DNA of 64,000 nt from a virus: IMG/VR virus record IMGVR_UViG_3300032053_000038, positions 13,807 to 77,806 of that record; one strand, given 5' to 3'. Positions 1-9,124 of the stretch are shown piece after piece. Under the pieces are notes generated by a model, which did not search any database, was not told where the DNA came from, and saw nothing but the letters and a program-made list of their open reading frames with translations. The translations under genes were made by a program, and so were the position numbers. Position 1 is the stretch's first letter. Every line of letters begins with the position of its first letter.

Positions 1-68
1 CTAAGTGCTTGAAAATGTTGATTGATGCAGGGGTACGTAATGTTTACTTCAGTATTGAGGGAGAATAA
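1..68 (+). CDS. 3' end of a probable cytidine/dCMP-deaminase-family gene (partial, convergent with the structural operon)
   Basis: Manual translation from nt 3 gives KCLKMLIDAGVRNVYFSIEGE*, resembling the (PCxx)CxxxLIxAGIxxVYY tail of zinc deaminases. Only 21 codons are visible. Confidence 0.5.
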   Translation, partial: KCLKMLIDAGVRNVYFSIEGE

Positions 69-1356
69 TCAAGCGGAGTAAATAGTAAGCTACTAAGAAA
101 TCCATTCCATTATAAGTTTCAACAACTTCTTTAATACCTATATCACCATCTAGAGATCTCGGGTCTCGCTGCCAAAAGAAATCTGCGCCTGGTCTTCGCC
201 AGATAGGGAGTGGTTGTCTCGCTATAGTTTGTTTCTTAGAAAAATATCCCCAAGTAACTTTTGGTATGCTGGGATTGAAAGAATTAATCTTTTCCACCTT
301 CTGCTTACCTCTATTAAATTCCGTATCAAATTCCCTTAATGTTTTTAGTGATTGCTTTCCCTGTTCCAGGAATTCTTTTTCGGTCGATAGTCTATACATT
401 GCATAATAGAAAGGATTTCCATCCCTGTTTGTTTTCTCCCACAGAACATCAAAAGACTTCGTAAGATCTTTAATTAGACCATCATCCTTATCGACGAGTC
501 CCTTCTCCGTTGTAAGTAACATTGTAAGACACATGTATGCAAGTACATCTTGATAAAAAGGATGTATCCATAAGAAATGAGTTTCTGGGTGGGTTAAGGC
601 CCCTCTGTATGCTTTGTGTATCTTGTTATATTCTTCGCGGTAAATAGGCTTTTGTGTTATAGCATACGCTAGAGAAAATAGAGAACATAGAGCCGCAATT
701 CTAATAGGGGCTGTTAGAAACCCCGGTTTAAGATTACCGAATTTGGGAGTACTTCCATCAGTATTCTTTAATATGTAACCATCTGCAATAAGTTGATCTG
801 CAAGATCACTTATCATCTGCGTCACTAACGGATTCTTAAGACCTGTATAGTGAAAAGCCCATAGCCCAAATAGATGACCAATTAATGTACTCTCGCTTAC
901 ATTATCAATATAAACGTATTCTCCATTAAAATAATACTTTCGGCTAGGATCTTTTGCGTATGGACCATTTATGCTGTCTGAGCCCCTAACTAACTTATTA
1001 GCTCCACTCAGAGTTTGTAGTTTATTCATTCCGAAAAGAGCTTGGAGTGTTGCTTTCAGGACTAAAGGTTCTGGTTCCTTAACATACTTAAAAGCACACA
1101 TCGCAGTGTATACTCCCTGCCATATGCACATATCTCCTAAGTCGTTTCTACTTGCATGCCAGTAGAATTCTCTCTTCGGACCAAATAGCCAATTTGCTTG
1201 AATATCCTTCCAGTAATAGTCAGCTTTGACACGTAGACCCTTAGTATCCGCCTCATCAGTATCCCTAGTAAAAGGGTCAAAGGGACTAAAGCTTATGTTG
1301 ATTTGATCTATTACTGATAAAGTGAGTCCCTTCAAGCAATCCAATAGATGAATCAT
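49..1356 (-). CDS. Uncharacterised 435-aa protein, probable alpha/alpha-toroid (six-hairpin glycosidase-like) enzyme
   Basis: Helical, aromatic-rich sequence with motifs DMCIWQGVY, DNVSESTLIG, DFFWQRDP and GMDFLVAYYL. The fold call is inference. Confidence 0.4.
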   Translation of the reverse strand: MIHLLDCLKGLTLSVIDQINISFSPFDPFTRDTDEADTKGLRVKADYYWKDIQANWLFGPKREFYWHASRNDLGDMCIWQGVYTAMCAFKYVKEPEPLVLKATLQALFGMNKLQTLSGANKLVRGSDSINGPYAKDPSRKYYFNGEYVYIDNVSESTLIGHLFGLWAFHYTGLKNPLVTQMISDLADQLIADGYILKNTDGSTPKFGNLKPGFLTAPIRIAALCSLFSLAYAITQKPIYREEYNKIHKAYRGALTHPETHFLWIHPFYQDVLAYMCLTMLLTTEKGLVDKDDGLIKDLTKSFDVLWEKTNRDGNPFYYAMYRLSTEKEFLEQGKQSLKTLREFDTEFNRGKQKVEKINSFNPSIPKVTWGYFSKKQTIARQPLPIWRRPGADFFWQRDPRSLDGDIGIKEVVETYNGMDFLVAYYLLRLIILPQY

Positions 1357-2012
1357 TATAAGGTTACAGGGCCATTAATAGTAGCGTCAACTACGACCGT
1401 AGTTCTATTATCGAGGTTAAATACTCGAGCCTTCCACTGAGCCGCTAGTAGATTAGCTTTAGCCTTTAGCTCATTTAAGTCAATGTAACTTGTCATCTCA
1501 GTACCCGCAACAGGAACTTCGATTGAACTATATTTACCTGCTCCGTCTGTTAGAAAATAATGCACCATATAAGAAACACCCGCAGCCATACTACCCACAG
1601 TTTCAACTCCACCGTTAGCTACACCTAATTTCAAAGGAACAGCAGCTGTTCCCCCTGTTATCACAATAGAGCTAGTTGGGCCTACTGTTTCTGATGTAAG
1701 AGTATATTGAATCTTAATTGAATCGAAAGCGCAGATAAACTGAGTATAACCTAGAGCTCTAACCAGAGATTGAATATAATCGGCTACCATATCCCCTGTA
1801 TGCATTGCATTAACAAGAATAATAGTTTGAGGAATCCCACCATCTACGATCATAGTAAGTGTTGCACCGGCAATTGTGACCGACGCAGCTGTTATTGCCG
1901 AGATGGACTTTCCCGCTTGCAGAAATGGATTCTCAGTTTTAGTTGTAGCTAAGATAGTATCTACAGGAGCTAAGATAGGACTAATACTTGGATTGCCATA
2001 AGATTGTGTCAT
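1356..2012 (-). CDS. Putative virion protein carrying the shared ~110-aa module
   Basis: The GKSIS...LKLGVANGGVETVG segment is homologous to segments in the sheath, 6740..9115 and 9125..10960. Confidence 0.55.
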   Translation of the reverse strand: MTQSYGNPSISPILAPVDTILATTKTENPFLQAGKSISAITAASVTIAGATLTMIVDGGIPQTIILVNAMHTGDMVADYIQSLVRALGYTQFICAFDSIKIQYTLTSETVGPTSSIVITGGTAAVPLKLGVANGGVETVGSMAAGVSYMVHYFLTDGAGKYSSIEVPVAGTEMTSYIDLNELKAKANLLAAQWKARVFNLDNRTTVVVDATINGPVTL

Positions 2013-2057
2013 TTATTTATTCCTCATTGAGTGTTAAAATTAAAGGTGATAGAGATT

Positions 2058-2789
2058 TTACCAATTATTTCTTAAGTAGAAGTCAATACGATTTCCTCCC
2101 GTATATTTTAATCCACCAGTAAGACCAACTTCTAAATTGAGTAGATGTAAGAAGTTCGGGGTTATATCATCAATATGACGTGTAATACCAGGACCAAAAT
2201 AAACTGGGTTAACTTGAAGAGTCCCAGAATAACGACTCCAATAGACCCACTTCCAGTCTATTAAAGGCATTAGAGGTAAAGTATATCCATTAACACCGAG
2301 ATTAAGTCCAGGACCTATAATTATACCAGAACCAAATCTAGAAGTAAATCCTTTGTCATGAATAATAACTTCCGGAGGATTATTTATATCCTCCATTATT
2401 TGGCCAAGCTCCTCTTTAATCTTTTGAATCTCTTCAGGAGTTTTGGCCTCCAGCAACTTTTTAACAAGCTCATTATACTTCTTTATAGCCTCGTCCCGCT
2501 TTTTAGATATAATTTCGATTTTACCTTCGTCGGGAACATATACTGTACGTATTTTTACTTTACCTCGTGCATCTCTTACAGCTTGTTGAAGTTTTCTGTT
2601 TTCAATGACAAACTTAGCTATTACATCATCCGGAAGGCTTCCCGCCATCTCCTGATCTGTTCTGTTTGCAACCTCTTTGTTATATAGATAACTAAATGCA
2701 CATGCAAAACAGATAGCGATAACTAGAAGCAGTCGTTCAGTCGTTCTTATATATACTTTTAACGAATTAGTCAGAGCCTGAAATATCAT
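2058..2789 (-). CDS. Membrane-anchored coiled-coil protein, putative spanin-like lysis protein
   Basis: N-terminal hydrophobic helix, K/E-rich coiled coil, C-terminal amphipathic beta-strands ending in W. Directly downstream of the holin and amidase genes. Confidence 0.45.
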   Translation of the reverse strand: MIFQALTNSLKVYIRTTERLLLVIAICFACAFSYLYNKEVANRTDQEMAGSLPDDVIAKFVIENRKLQQAVRDARGKVKIRTVYVPDEGKIEIISKKRDEAIKKYNELVKKLLEAKTPEEIQKIKEELGQIMEDINNPPEVIIHDKGFTSRFGSGIIIGPGLNLGVNGYTLPLMPLIDWKWVYWSRYSGTLQVNPVYFGPGITRHIDDITPNFLHLLNLEVGLTGGLKYTGGNRIDFYLRNNW

Positions 2790-3078
2790 CGGTTAACTCC
2801 AAAGGCTTCGCAGCAGTTCTCATTCCATTCTTCTTTTCAAGATAAGTAGTTACAACATATCCTGTAAATATGACCGATATTAGTCCACCATTAATAGTGA
2901 GAACGGTATTACCACATTTTTCCGCATAGAAAAGAACTAACCATATACTTGTCCAGACATGTAATGACAGATATACCCAGTTCCAAACGACACGAAGAGA
3001 ATGTAAGTCCTTAACAAACGTCTCTATAAGACTATAGCTTCTTTTTCCAAACCATGCAACTACAGAAGAACCTATCAT
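2767..3078 (-). CDS. Putative holin
   Basis: 103 aa, two hydrophobic segments, charged C-terminus, overlaps the amidase stop codon. Confidence 0.55.
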   Translation of the reverse strand: MIGSSVVAWFGKRSYSLIETFVKDLHSLRVVWNWVYLSLHVWTSIWLVLFYAEKCGNTVLTINGGLISVIFTGYVVTTYLEKKNGMRTAAKPLELTDDISGSD

Positions 3079-3764
3079 AGCTGACTCCTAAAGAGATCCA
3101 TAGACCAAAGATCTCCTGGACAACTTTTCTGTTGCGGTACACTTAAAAGATCAAAAACTTCTCTATGGCCTATTACATCTGCAGCTTCAATATTATATGC
3201 TGACATAAATGCTCTGGTCAGAGAAAGACAATACTCCCATAACTCCGCAGAAGGAACTGTACTATCAAAGTTACCAATAGCACATAAACCTATATGAGTT
3301 TTATTGAACTCATTAGAAACTTTAGCTACGGCAGCATGAGCTCCCGCCATACTTAAAGGTCGTCCCCATCTAAAAATGAGTCTATTATCCTCTGATTCTA
3401 CACCACCGTGATAGCCAACTGCCTGCCACGGAGGCTCAAAGAGGTGTCCCTTCCCTTCTTTCTTTAGCCTTTCAAACTCTTCTTTAGTTACGATGACACC
3501 ATCAATTCTATAACTGGTATGATATTTTACAATACCATCCCAATTTTTTGAAACAGGATCATCCTTAGTAGCTGAATGATGCCACACAATCCCTTTCCAG
3601 GAATAAGAAGAATCGATAGCAATATTCAGCATTGGTTTTGTTATTGTATCCCTTACGGCGGGAAGTTGTAACTTTGGGGGAACATAGATACCCTCGGAAG
3701 TAGTATGCCAGTTTCCGTTAGCTAGAGACGCTAGAAGATATTTTAAGCTCTCAAACCATGTCAT
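3075..3764 (-). CDS. Endolysin, N-acetylmuramoyl-L-alanine amidase (Amidase_2 type)
   Basis: Zn-amidase motifs IVWHHSAT, VGYH, GAHA, IGLCAIGNF, IGHREV and KSCPG. Confidence 0.9.
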   Translation of the reverse strand: MTWFESLKYLLASLANGNWHTTSEGIYVPPKLQLPAVRDTITKPMLNIAIDSSYSWKGIVWHHSATKDDPVSKNWDGIVKYHTSYRIDGVIVTKEEFERLKKEGKGHLFEPPWQAVGYHGGVESEDNRLIFRWGRPLSMAGAHAAVAKVSNEFNKTHIGLCAIGNFDSTVPSAELWEYCLSLTRAFMSAYNIEAADVIGHREVFDLLSVPQQKSCPGDLWSMDLFRSQL

Positions 3765-3789
3765 TTAAAGATACCTCTAGGATTTGTCA

Positions 3790-4197
3790 TCACCAAATTC
3801 CAGGAGTACCCGGGTTAGTTACTCGATCGCCTATTGCTACTACAGCCACGTGCGCAGGATCTGTTGCGCTAGCATTAGCTAGCTGTAGTTGAGTATAAGT
3901 AGCATTCACCATGATAAAGTCGGTAATCTCGAAGTCTTTATCGATAGCATTTTGTGTCAGGGTTACTTGAATAGGTTTATCTGTTCTAATCCAGAGTGTC
4001 TTAGCTGTAGCAATACTTCCAATTGGAAGAACCGTTACAGTGGTAGTAGGATTAACGGTAAACGTATTAGCAAAGTAGTCGCCCATGCTAACATTAGCCG
4101 AAGAAAGGGATGGGTTAGCTAATAGAGTAATTCCCGATCCTGCAGTGGGAGTAATACCATTAATTGATATTGAAGCCGACTGTGAAACATTAATCAT
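3790..4197 (-). CDS. Hypothetical beta-rich virion protein
   Basis: 135-aa S/T/V-rich ORF in the fibre region. Confidence 0.5.
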   Translation of the reverse strand: MINVSQSASISINGITPTAGSGITLLANPSLSSANVSMGDYFANTFTVNPTTTVTVLPIGSIATAKTLWIRTDKPIQVTLTQNAIDKDFEITDFIMVNATYTQLQLANASATDPAHVAVVAIGDRVTNPGTPGIW

Positions 4198-4321
4198 TTT
4201 TTATTTCCTCATTAGATTGCTTTTTCTTTGCACATTCAGGACATACTTTAGACCCACTAATAGAACCAGATGTTCTTCCTATCCATTTGTCACATCGAGG
4301 ACAATAGTATCTATCTGTCAA
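4190..4321 (-). CDS. 43-aa zinc-ribbon microprotein (not in ORF track)
   Basis: GAGGAG RBS followed by a TTG start. MTDRYYCPRCDKWIGRTSGSISGSKVCPECAKKKQSNEEIKND*. Fills the intergenic gap. Confidence 0.7.
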   Translation of the reverse strand: MTDRYYCPRCDKWIGRTSGSISGSKVCPECAKKKQSNEEIKND

Positions 4322-4341
4322 TGTAGTTCTCCTCAAAACTA

Positions 4342-6327
4342 TTATTGCCACTCCACAAGGCCAGCAATACCCGCGTTGAAACTTACTATATAGTAATAAA
4401 GCGGTGGAACTACGAAAAAGAGTTTAACGGGACTATTATTAACATCAGGAGTGTGATAATCCGCAGCTACCAATGTAGTTGGAGGAGAAAAAGAATTACA
4501 ATAGGCACCTCCGCTCGGATTCGAAGCATATCCTGACCAAGTAGATACAAAAAGAGGCTTTGTGGTAGATGTATTTTGATATACACTTCCAGAAGTACGT
4601 GAAGCAGTAGGTACACCTGCCCACGGAGCAGACGCATACTGAGATTGAGCGAGAAGAGGAGAAGCAACATCTTGAACAGATGCATCCGGGAATGTAATGC
4701 CCTGCTCAGTAAGAACAACTTTATTTACAAGACCTGTTGCAGAATCCTTAACTATAAATCCTGGTTGATTAAGAGCGGGAGGAATAGTAATTATAGTTGG
4801 TGCAGTTACATTTTTTGTAATGTCTACGTTATGATCAATAGTAACTGTATCTGTAGCAGAATCTCTTAAAAGATCATCTGACCCCGTTACGCCAAATAAA
4901 CGAAGATCAGCGACGTTAGTGAAGTTGCCCGGACCTGCCCCATTAAAATATGTAAAGGAGTATAATACAAAATCTGTTACAGGGGTAATGATAGGTAGTG
5001 TAGCAACGGTTCGTGTTTCATACACTCCAGTAGGGGATCCAATTTTAACTAGATATTGATCAGTAGTAGTCGGCCCCTGCAATTTGATAGTTTGAGTTAC
5101 AGTGTCTAGTACAATTTTGTAATTACCACTGCTACAAGGAGTACCATTATCAACCAAGAAAAATTCGTGGAGACTTCCTATATTGGTAGTTGAGGATGTG
5201 AAAGTTTTACTTTCATTCCCCGTACCTTTGATATGTACAATTTCAGAAGAAGTTAATCCGAAGACACGAAAACTATCCCTTCCATATGTAGGATATCCAG
5301 CTCCCGCGGCAGGCTGCACATTTCCATAAAAGCTTGAAGATGTAGATAACTGATCTCCTGCTATACCGGCGCTATGAAAATATTGTTCATGCGACTCTGT
5401 TGTTTTTCCAGTAAGTCCTAAATCAATAGCAGAGAATCCGTGAGGATTATTCGGCGAAACTGTTCCCACACCTACCGCACGCACGTGCTCTTCGAAAGTT
5501 ACAGTCTGTCCTGGAGAATATACAGATGTTACTGGATATACAGGAGGAGCCGCTACTATAGCCTTAACATTGTCAATCTTAATAAAAACAGGTGTTAAAT
5601 CCTGTCCACCAGTTGCACTAGAAAAGATAATGTTACCAGGTGCAATGGACCCCGCACCTGTAGGAATTCTATTTACAATTCCAATAAAGATCCAAAGAGA
5701 TGGATCAGTAAATCCGGCAGCGGTAAGAACAGCTGTCGGACTATCTGATGTGTTGTTGTTAGGAATTACTATTATTTGATAACCATCATTTATGGTAGTA
5801 AATAATCTCTTATTAGTTATTTTCTGTAGTGTGAATATACTAGTATCTACCACTTCTAGATAAGAAATAAAAATGTAATTTGCTTTAGGTGTCCCTGAAA
5901 CCATTCCATACGTAGAAATAGATTTAGAACCAGATATCTGTGGAGCAGGAATAAAATTATCAATTCCATCATCAGCCTTAGTTAAAGGGCCGTTGGGATC
6001 ATCATTTACTATAGTAGGATCTCCGGAAGAGTAGTAAAGGCTACTATTATCATATGCATTTACATAATTGACACTGTCATTAATTATAATACGCTCGCCT
6101 ACAGAGCTATACGCTACGCCCGTTCCTATATCTACCCGAGTAGGATCTAAAGAGTTAACAGTAATATTAAAGGGACGAGGCTCTGCGAGCACCTGCGACT
6201 GAGCTACAATACCCGTTTGATAAAGATCCGTCAATCTTTCACGGATAGCATCTTCTTTAGAAGACTGTGCTAAGGAAAGATCTTCCTTGAAAATAGGTTG
6301 ATCCGATTGAAAATTTTCTCTTTTCAT
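4342..6327 (-). CDS. Tail fibre / receptor-binding protein (paralogue of 6740..9115)
   Basis: Shares DQPIFKEDL, VGERIII, NPH and DLRLFG blocks with 6740..9115. C-terminus (RTSGSVYQNT..KPLFV..FFVVPP) resembles fibre tip domains. Confidence 0.7.
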   Translation of the reverse strand: MKRENFQSDQPIFKEDLSLAQSSKEDAIRERLTDLYQTGIVAQSQVLAEPRPFNITVNSLDPTRVDIGTGVAYSSVGERIIINDSVNYVNAYDNSSLYYSSGDPTIVNDDPNGPLTKADDGIDNFIPAPQISGSKSISTYGMVSGTPKANYIFISYLEVVDTSIFTLQKITNKRLFTTINDGYQIIVIPNNNTSDSPTAVLTAAGFTDPSLWIFIGIVNRIPTGAGSIAPGNIIFSSATGGQDLTPVFIKIDNVKAIVAAPPVYPVTSVYSPGQTVTFEEHVRAVGVGTVSPNNPHGFSAIDLGLTGKTTESHEQYFHSAGIAGDQLSTSSSFYGNVQPAAGAGYPTYGRDSFRVFGLTSSEIVHIKGTGNESKTFTSSTTNIGSLHEFFLVDNGTPCSSGNYKIVLDTVTQTIKLQGPTTTDQYLVKIGSPTGVYETRTVATLPIITPVTDFVLYSFTYFNGAGPGNFTNVADLRLFGVTGSDDLLRDSATDTVTIDHNVDITKNVTAPTIITIPPALNQPGFIVKDSATGLVNKVVLTEQGITFPDASVQDVASPLLAQSQYASAPWAGVPTASRTSGSVYQNTSTTKPLFVSTWSGYASNPSGGAYCNSFSPPTTLVAADYHTPDVNNSPVKLFFVVPPLYYYIVSFNAGIAGLVEWQ

Positions 6328-6339
6328 GAGCTATACCAT

Positions 6340-6726
6340 TTACTTGTATTCAACTACTGTGAAATATACTGTAACAGTTCCAGCACCGGTACTACGACAT
6401 TGACTAGCGTGAGCAGTTACTGTAGTAGTGTTAGTTAACTCCACACTTGCAGTAGTATCCACATTACTGACTGTAGTAGCTACTGTGGAAGTCATCCCAT
6501 TAAAAATCACAAATGATTTAGATGTAGTAACTGCGGTGATAGTAGATGTATTAGAAGAAGTATTATACTTGTTTGCGGTTCCCGCGGGAATCGTAATGAC
6601 AATAGATCCCTTTTGAATAGAATTAACAACTGTCATACTTGCAGGAGTAGTAACTACAGTATAAATATCATCAACTACGGTTTTAATTTGTTGTGTCTTA
6701 CTCAAAACAGCTGCAAATAGACTCAT
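6340..6726 (-). CDS. Small T/S/V-rich fibre-associated protein
   Basis: Composition, and position between two fibre paralogues. Confidence 0.5.
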   Translation of the reverse strand: MSLFAAVLSKTQQIKTVVDDIYTVVTTPASMTVVNSIQKGSIVITIPAGTANKYNTSSNTSTITAVTTSKSFVIFNGMTSTVATTVSNVDTTASVELTNTTTVTAHASQCRSTGAGTVTVYFTVVEYK

Positions 6727-6739
6727 GTAATATACCCCG

Positions 6740-9115
6740 TTAAGCTATACTTTCCGTTATTGAAACGATGTTATCAGTTGCATCATACGTGAAAGTAGAA
6801 GATAAAACCTTATTCCCGGTACGAGTAGTTACACTTGATATTCTGGAAAAAGTATCATAGGTAAGAATAATTTCAGTATCAGCTAATCCCGTTGCAGTTA
6901 ATGGCTTCCCAATAGTAGCTGAATCTCCAGAAACAACTATTTCTCGGAGAAGACCTGAATCAGTTGTTCCATTTATAAAACCTAAAACAGTATTGTTAGC
7001 ATCAATGCTCAAGGAAGTTTTTGTAAGCAGCTTAATAATGTCTCCTCCCACGGCTTCTGTACCACCATTAGCGACACCTATTTTAAGATCCGCTGCAATG
7101 TTATTAAGGCCTATACCATCAGTAACAATTACAGAACTACCCACTCCACTTATACCCGAAGTAAAGGTATAAACTCCCGTATCATACACTGCAGTAAAAT
7201 TGTCATAAGCACCCTGTTTAGCTAGGGTAGCTGCTGTTAATGTCCTCACAGCTGTTTGAATAGCCGCAGCAATAAGTGAGCCAGTTGTTAACAAAGTTGT
7301 TGTAACTGAAACAGTCTGAACACCATCGTCATTAAGATTAACAACAAACGTCCCAGGTGTAGTATGCGCTGAGAGGTCTGTTGAGGGGGTTGTATCAGAA
7401 ATACTAGTTCCTATTAAACCTTGTGAGACCCTAACAGCTAATATGTCTGAAACATTAGTATTGATTAATGAAGTAACTGAATCAATAGGCTGATCAGCAG
7501 GTAAAGCTGGGAATGTATATACTACTGGAGCTCCGCCATCGACGGTAACACTTAAAGAAGTTCCACCAATTCCTATATATTTAACAAAGCCCGCAGATTC
7601 GACTGCTGGTTGATTTCCCGTAATAGATGCATTATAAAGAGTATAACTCCTATTACCAGTAGCCGCACCAAAAGTAAGGCCATCTAACAACTCCATTCTT
7701 AGATTGCTTGAGGATGTGGTACCAAATAGACGAAGGTCTGTAGCATAAATAATAGAGGCGTCGTGAAGACCTAAATTAGTAATCGTCCAGTAAACTGACG
7801 CTAAATAAAATCTATTTGGATCAGGGATTGCTGCACCAAATACTTTGTCAATAACCTTTGTATCCTTCCTCACAAAGAAAGAATAAGTTCCCTCAGCAAG
7901 AGGTACTCCTCCACTATCAACAAATCTAAAGTCGACATCATAAGGAATGTCCGCGTTAGAGACAACAGTCCCTTCTATATTGATATATTCACCATCACCT
8001 AAAGCCTTAAAAGTTATAAGGTTAGCATAGTCAGTCTGAGAAATAGTTATTACAGGAAAAAGCGCTGATAGCGTTGTTCCAGGTGTAGGTGAAACTATAC
8101 CAGAATCATTTAAAATAGCTCCCAGCTCTTCAATCCCTATGATGCCTAGATCCGCGGCAGTTAGTGCATGAGGATTAAAAGGAGTAATAATGCCCGTGCC
8201 TCTCGCGTTAGAATGATCTTTAAAGGTTGCACCAATACCTATTCTATAAGTAGACGGTCTAGCTACTACCTCTATATTAGTAGCTGCTCTCTTAGGTTGT
8301 ATTCGTCCAAACTGCCTGTTTACTATTTCTCTGTCATATACTACTACAATAGAAGCACTGGCATTAGAAATATCAAAAGTCAATACACCTGTAGCAAAGT
8401 CGACAGTGAAAGCATTTGGTCCCACTGTAGTCGAATAGGTGAATCCGGAGATAGTTGGTATACTTTTCGGAATAAAAGATAATGTAATTGTAAATGGTCC
8501 AGAAGCAGGAACCGTTGTAGAAGTTGATTGACTTACAATACTGTTAGTTGTTGTAATAGTTGTAACCAACCCTCCAGATAGAACTACAGTACCAATCAGA
8601 ATAAATCTAGTTGGGTCAGGATTTGTTCCTGTAAGATTTGTTTGAATTTCAAATCCATCATTCGAATTAACAAATAGTCTTTCACTTGTAAACTTACTAA
8701 GGGTAAAAACCGCCGGGTCAATAGTTTGAAGATAGCCTAACCAAACATAGTTCGTTCCATCTACCAAAGTACTTATATTAACCGAGCCAGATGATTGAGG
8801 TGTTAAGGTAGTCCCACCAATTCCATTGTCAGTTGTAGTAGTAACATTAGCTGCATTATAAGAAATAAGGGAATCGATTATAATTCTCTCACCCACGGGA
8901 GAAAAGGCAGTACCCGTAGTAATAGTTATCTTACCCGCGCCGGCATCCAGAATATTTAGCGCTTGAGGCTCCAGCGACAATTGAGAATCCTCGAGAACAC
9001 CTACACTACATAAATCTAATAGGCGATTTCGGATAGAATCTTCTTTTGTGGACTGTGCCCTTTCCAGATCTTCCTTGAAAATTGGCTGATCGGGATACCA
9101 GTTCTCTTTTTTCAT
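6740..9115 (-). CDS. Baseplate-attached tail fibre/adaptor protein
   Basis: Follows the wedge genes, is a paralogue of 4342..6327, and contains the shared module. Confidence 0.65.
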   Translation of the reverse strand: MKKENWYPDQPIFKEDLERAQSTKEDSIRNRLLDLCSVGVLEDSQLSLEPQALNILDAGAGKITITTGTAFSPVGERIIIDSLISYNAANVTTTTDNGIGGTTLTPQSSGSVNISTLVDGTNYVWLGYLQTIDPAVFTLSKFTSERLFVNSNDGFEIQTNLTGTNPDPTRFILIGTVVLSGGLVTTITTTNSIVSQSTSTTVPASGPFTITLSFIPKSIPTISGFTYSTTVGPNAFTVDFATGVLTFDISNASASIVVVYDREIVNRQFGRIQPKRAATNIEVVARPSTYRIGIGATFKDHSNARGTGIITPFNPHALTAADLGIIGIEELGAILNDSGIVSPTPGTTLSALFPVITISQTDYANLITFKALGDGEYINIEGTVVSNADIPYDVDFRFVDSGGVPLAEGTYSFFVRKDTKVIDKVFGAAIPDPNRFYLASVYWTITNLGLHDASIIYATDLRLFGTTSSSNLRMELLDGLTFGAATGNRSYTLYNASITGNQPAVESAGFVKYIGIGGTSLSVTVDGGAPVVYTFPALPADQPIDSVTSLINTNVSDILAVRVSQGLIGTSISDTTPSTDLSAHTTPGTFVVNLNDDGVQTVSVTTTLLTTGSLIAAAIQTAVRTLTAATLAKQGAYDNFTAVYDTGVYTFTSGISGVGSSVIVTDGIGLNNIAADLKIGVANGGTEAVGGDIIKLLTKTSLSIDANNTVLGFINGTTDSGLLREIVVSGDSATIGKPLTATGLADTEIILTYDTFSRISSVTTRTGNKVLSSTFTYDATDNIVSITESIA

Positions 9116-9124
9116 GGTTGTGCC

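Noticed and set aside
4342-4620. Diversity-generating retroelement target at the fibre tip
   Set aside because: No template repeat or reverse transcriptase is visible in the window; one elsewhere in the genome cannot be excluded.
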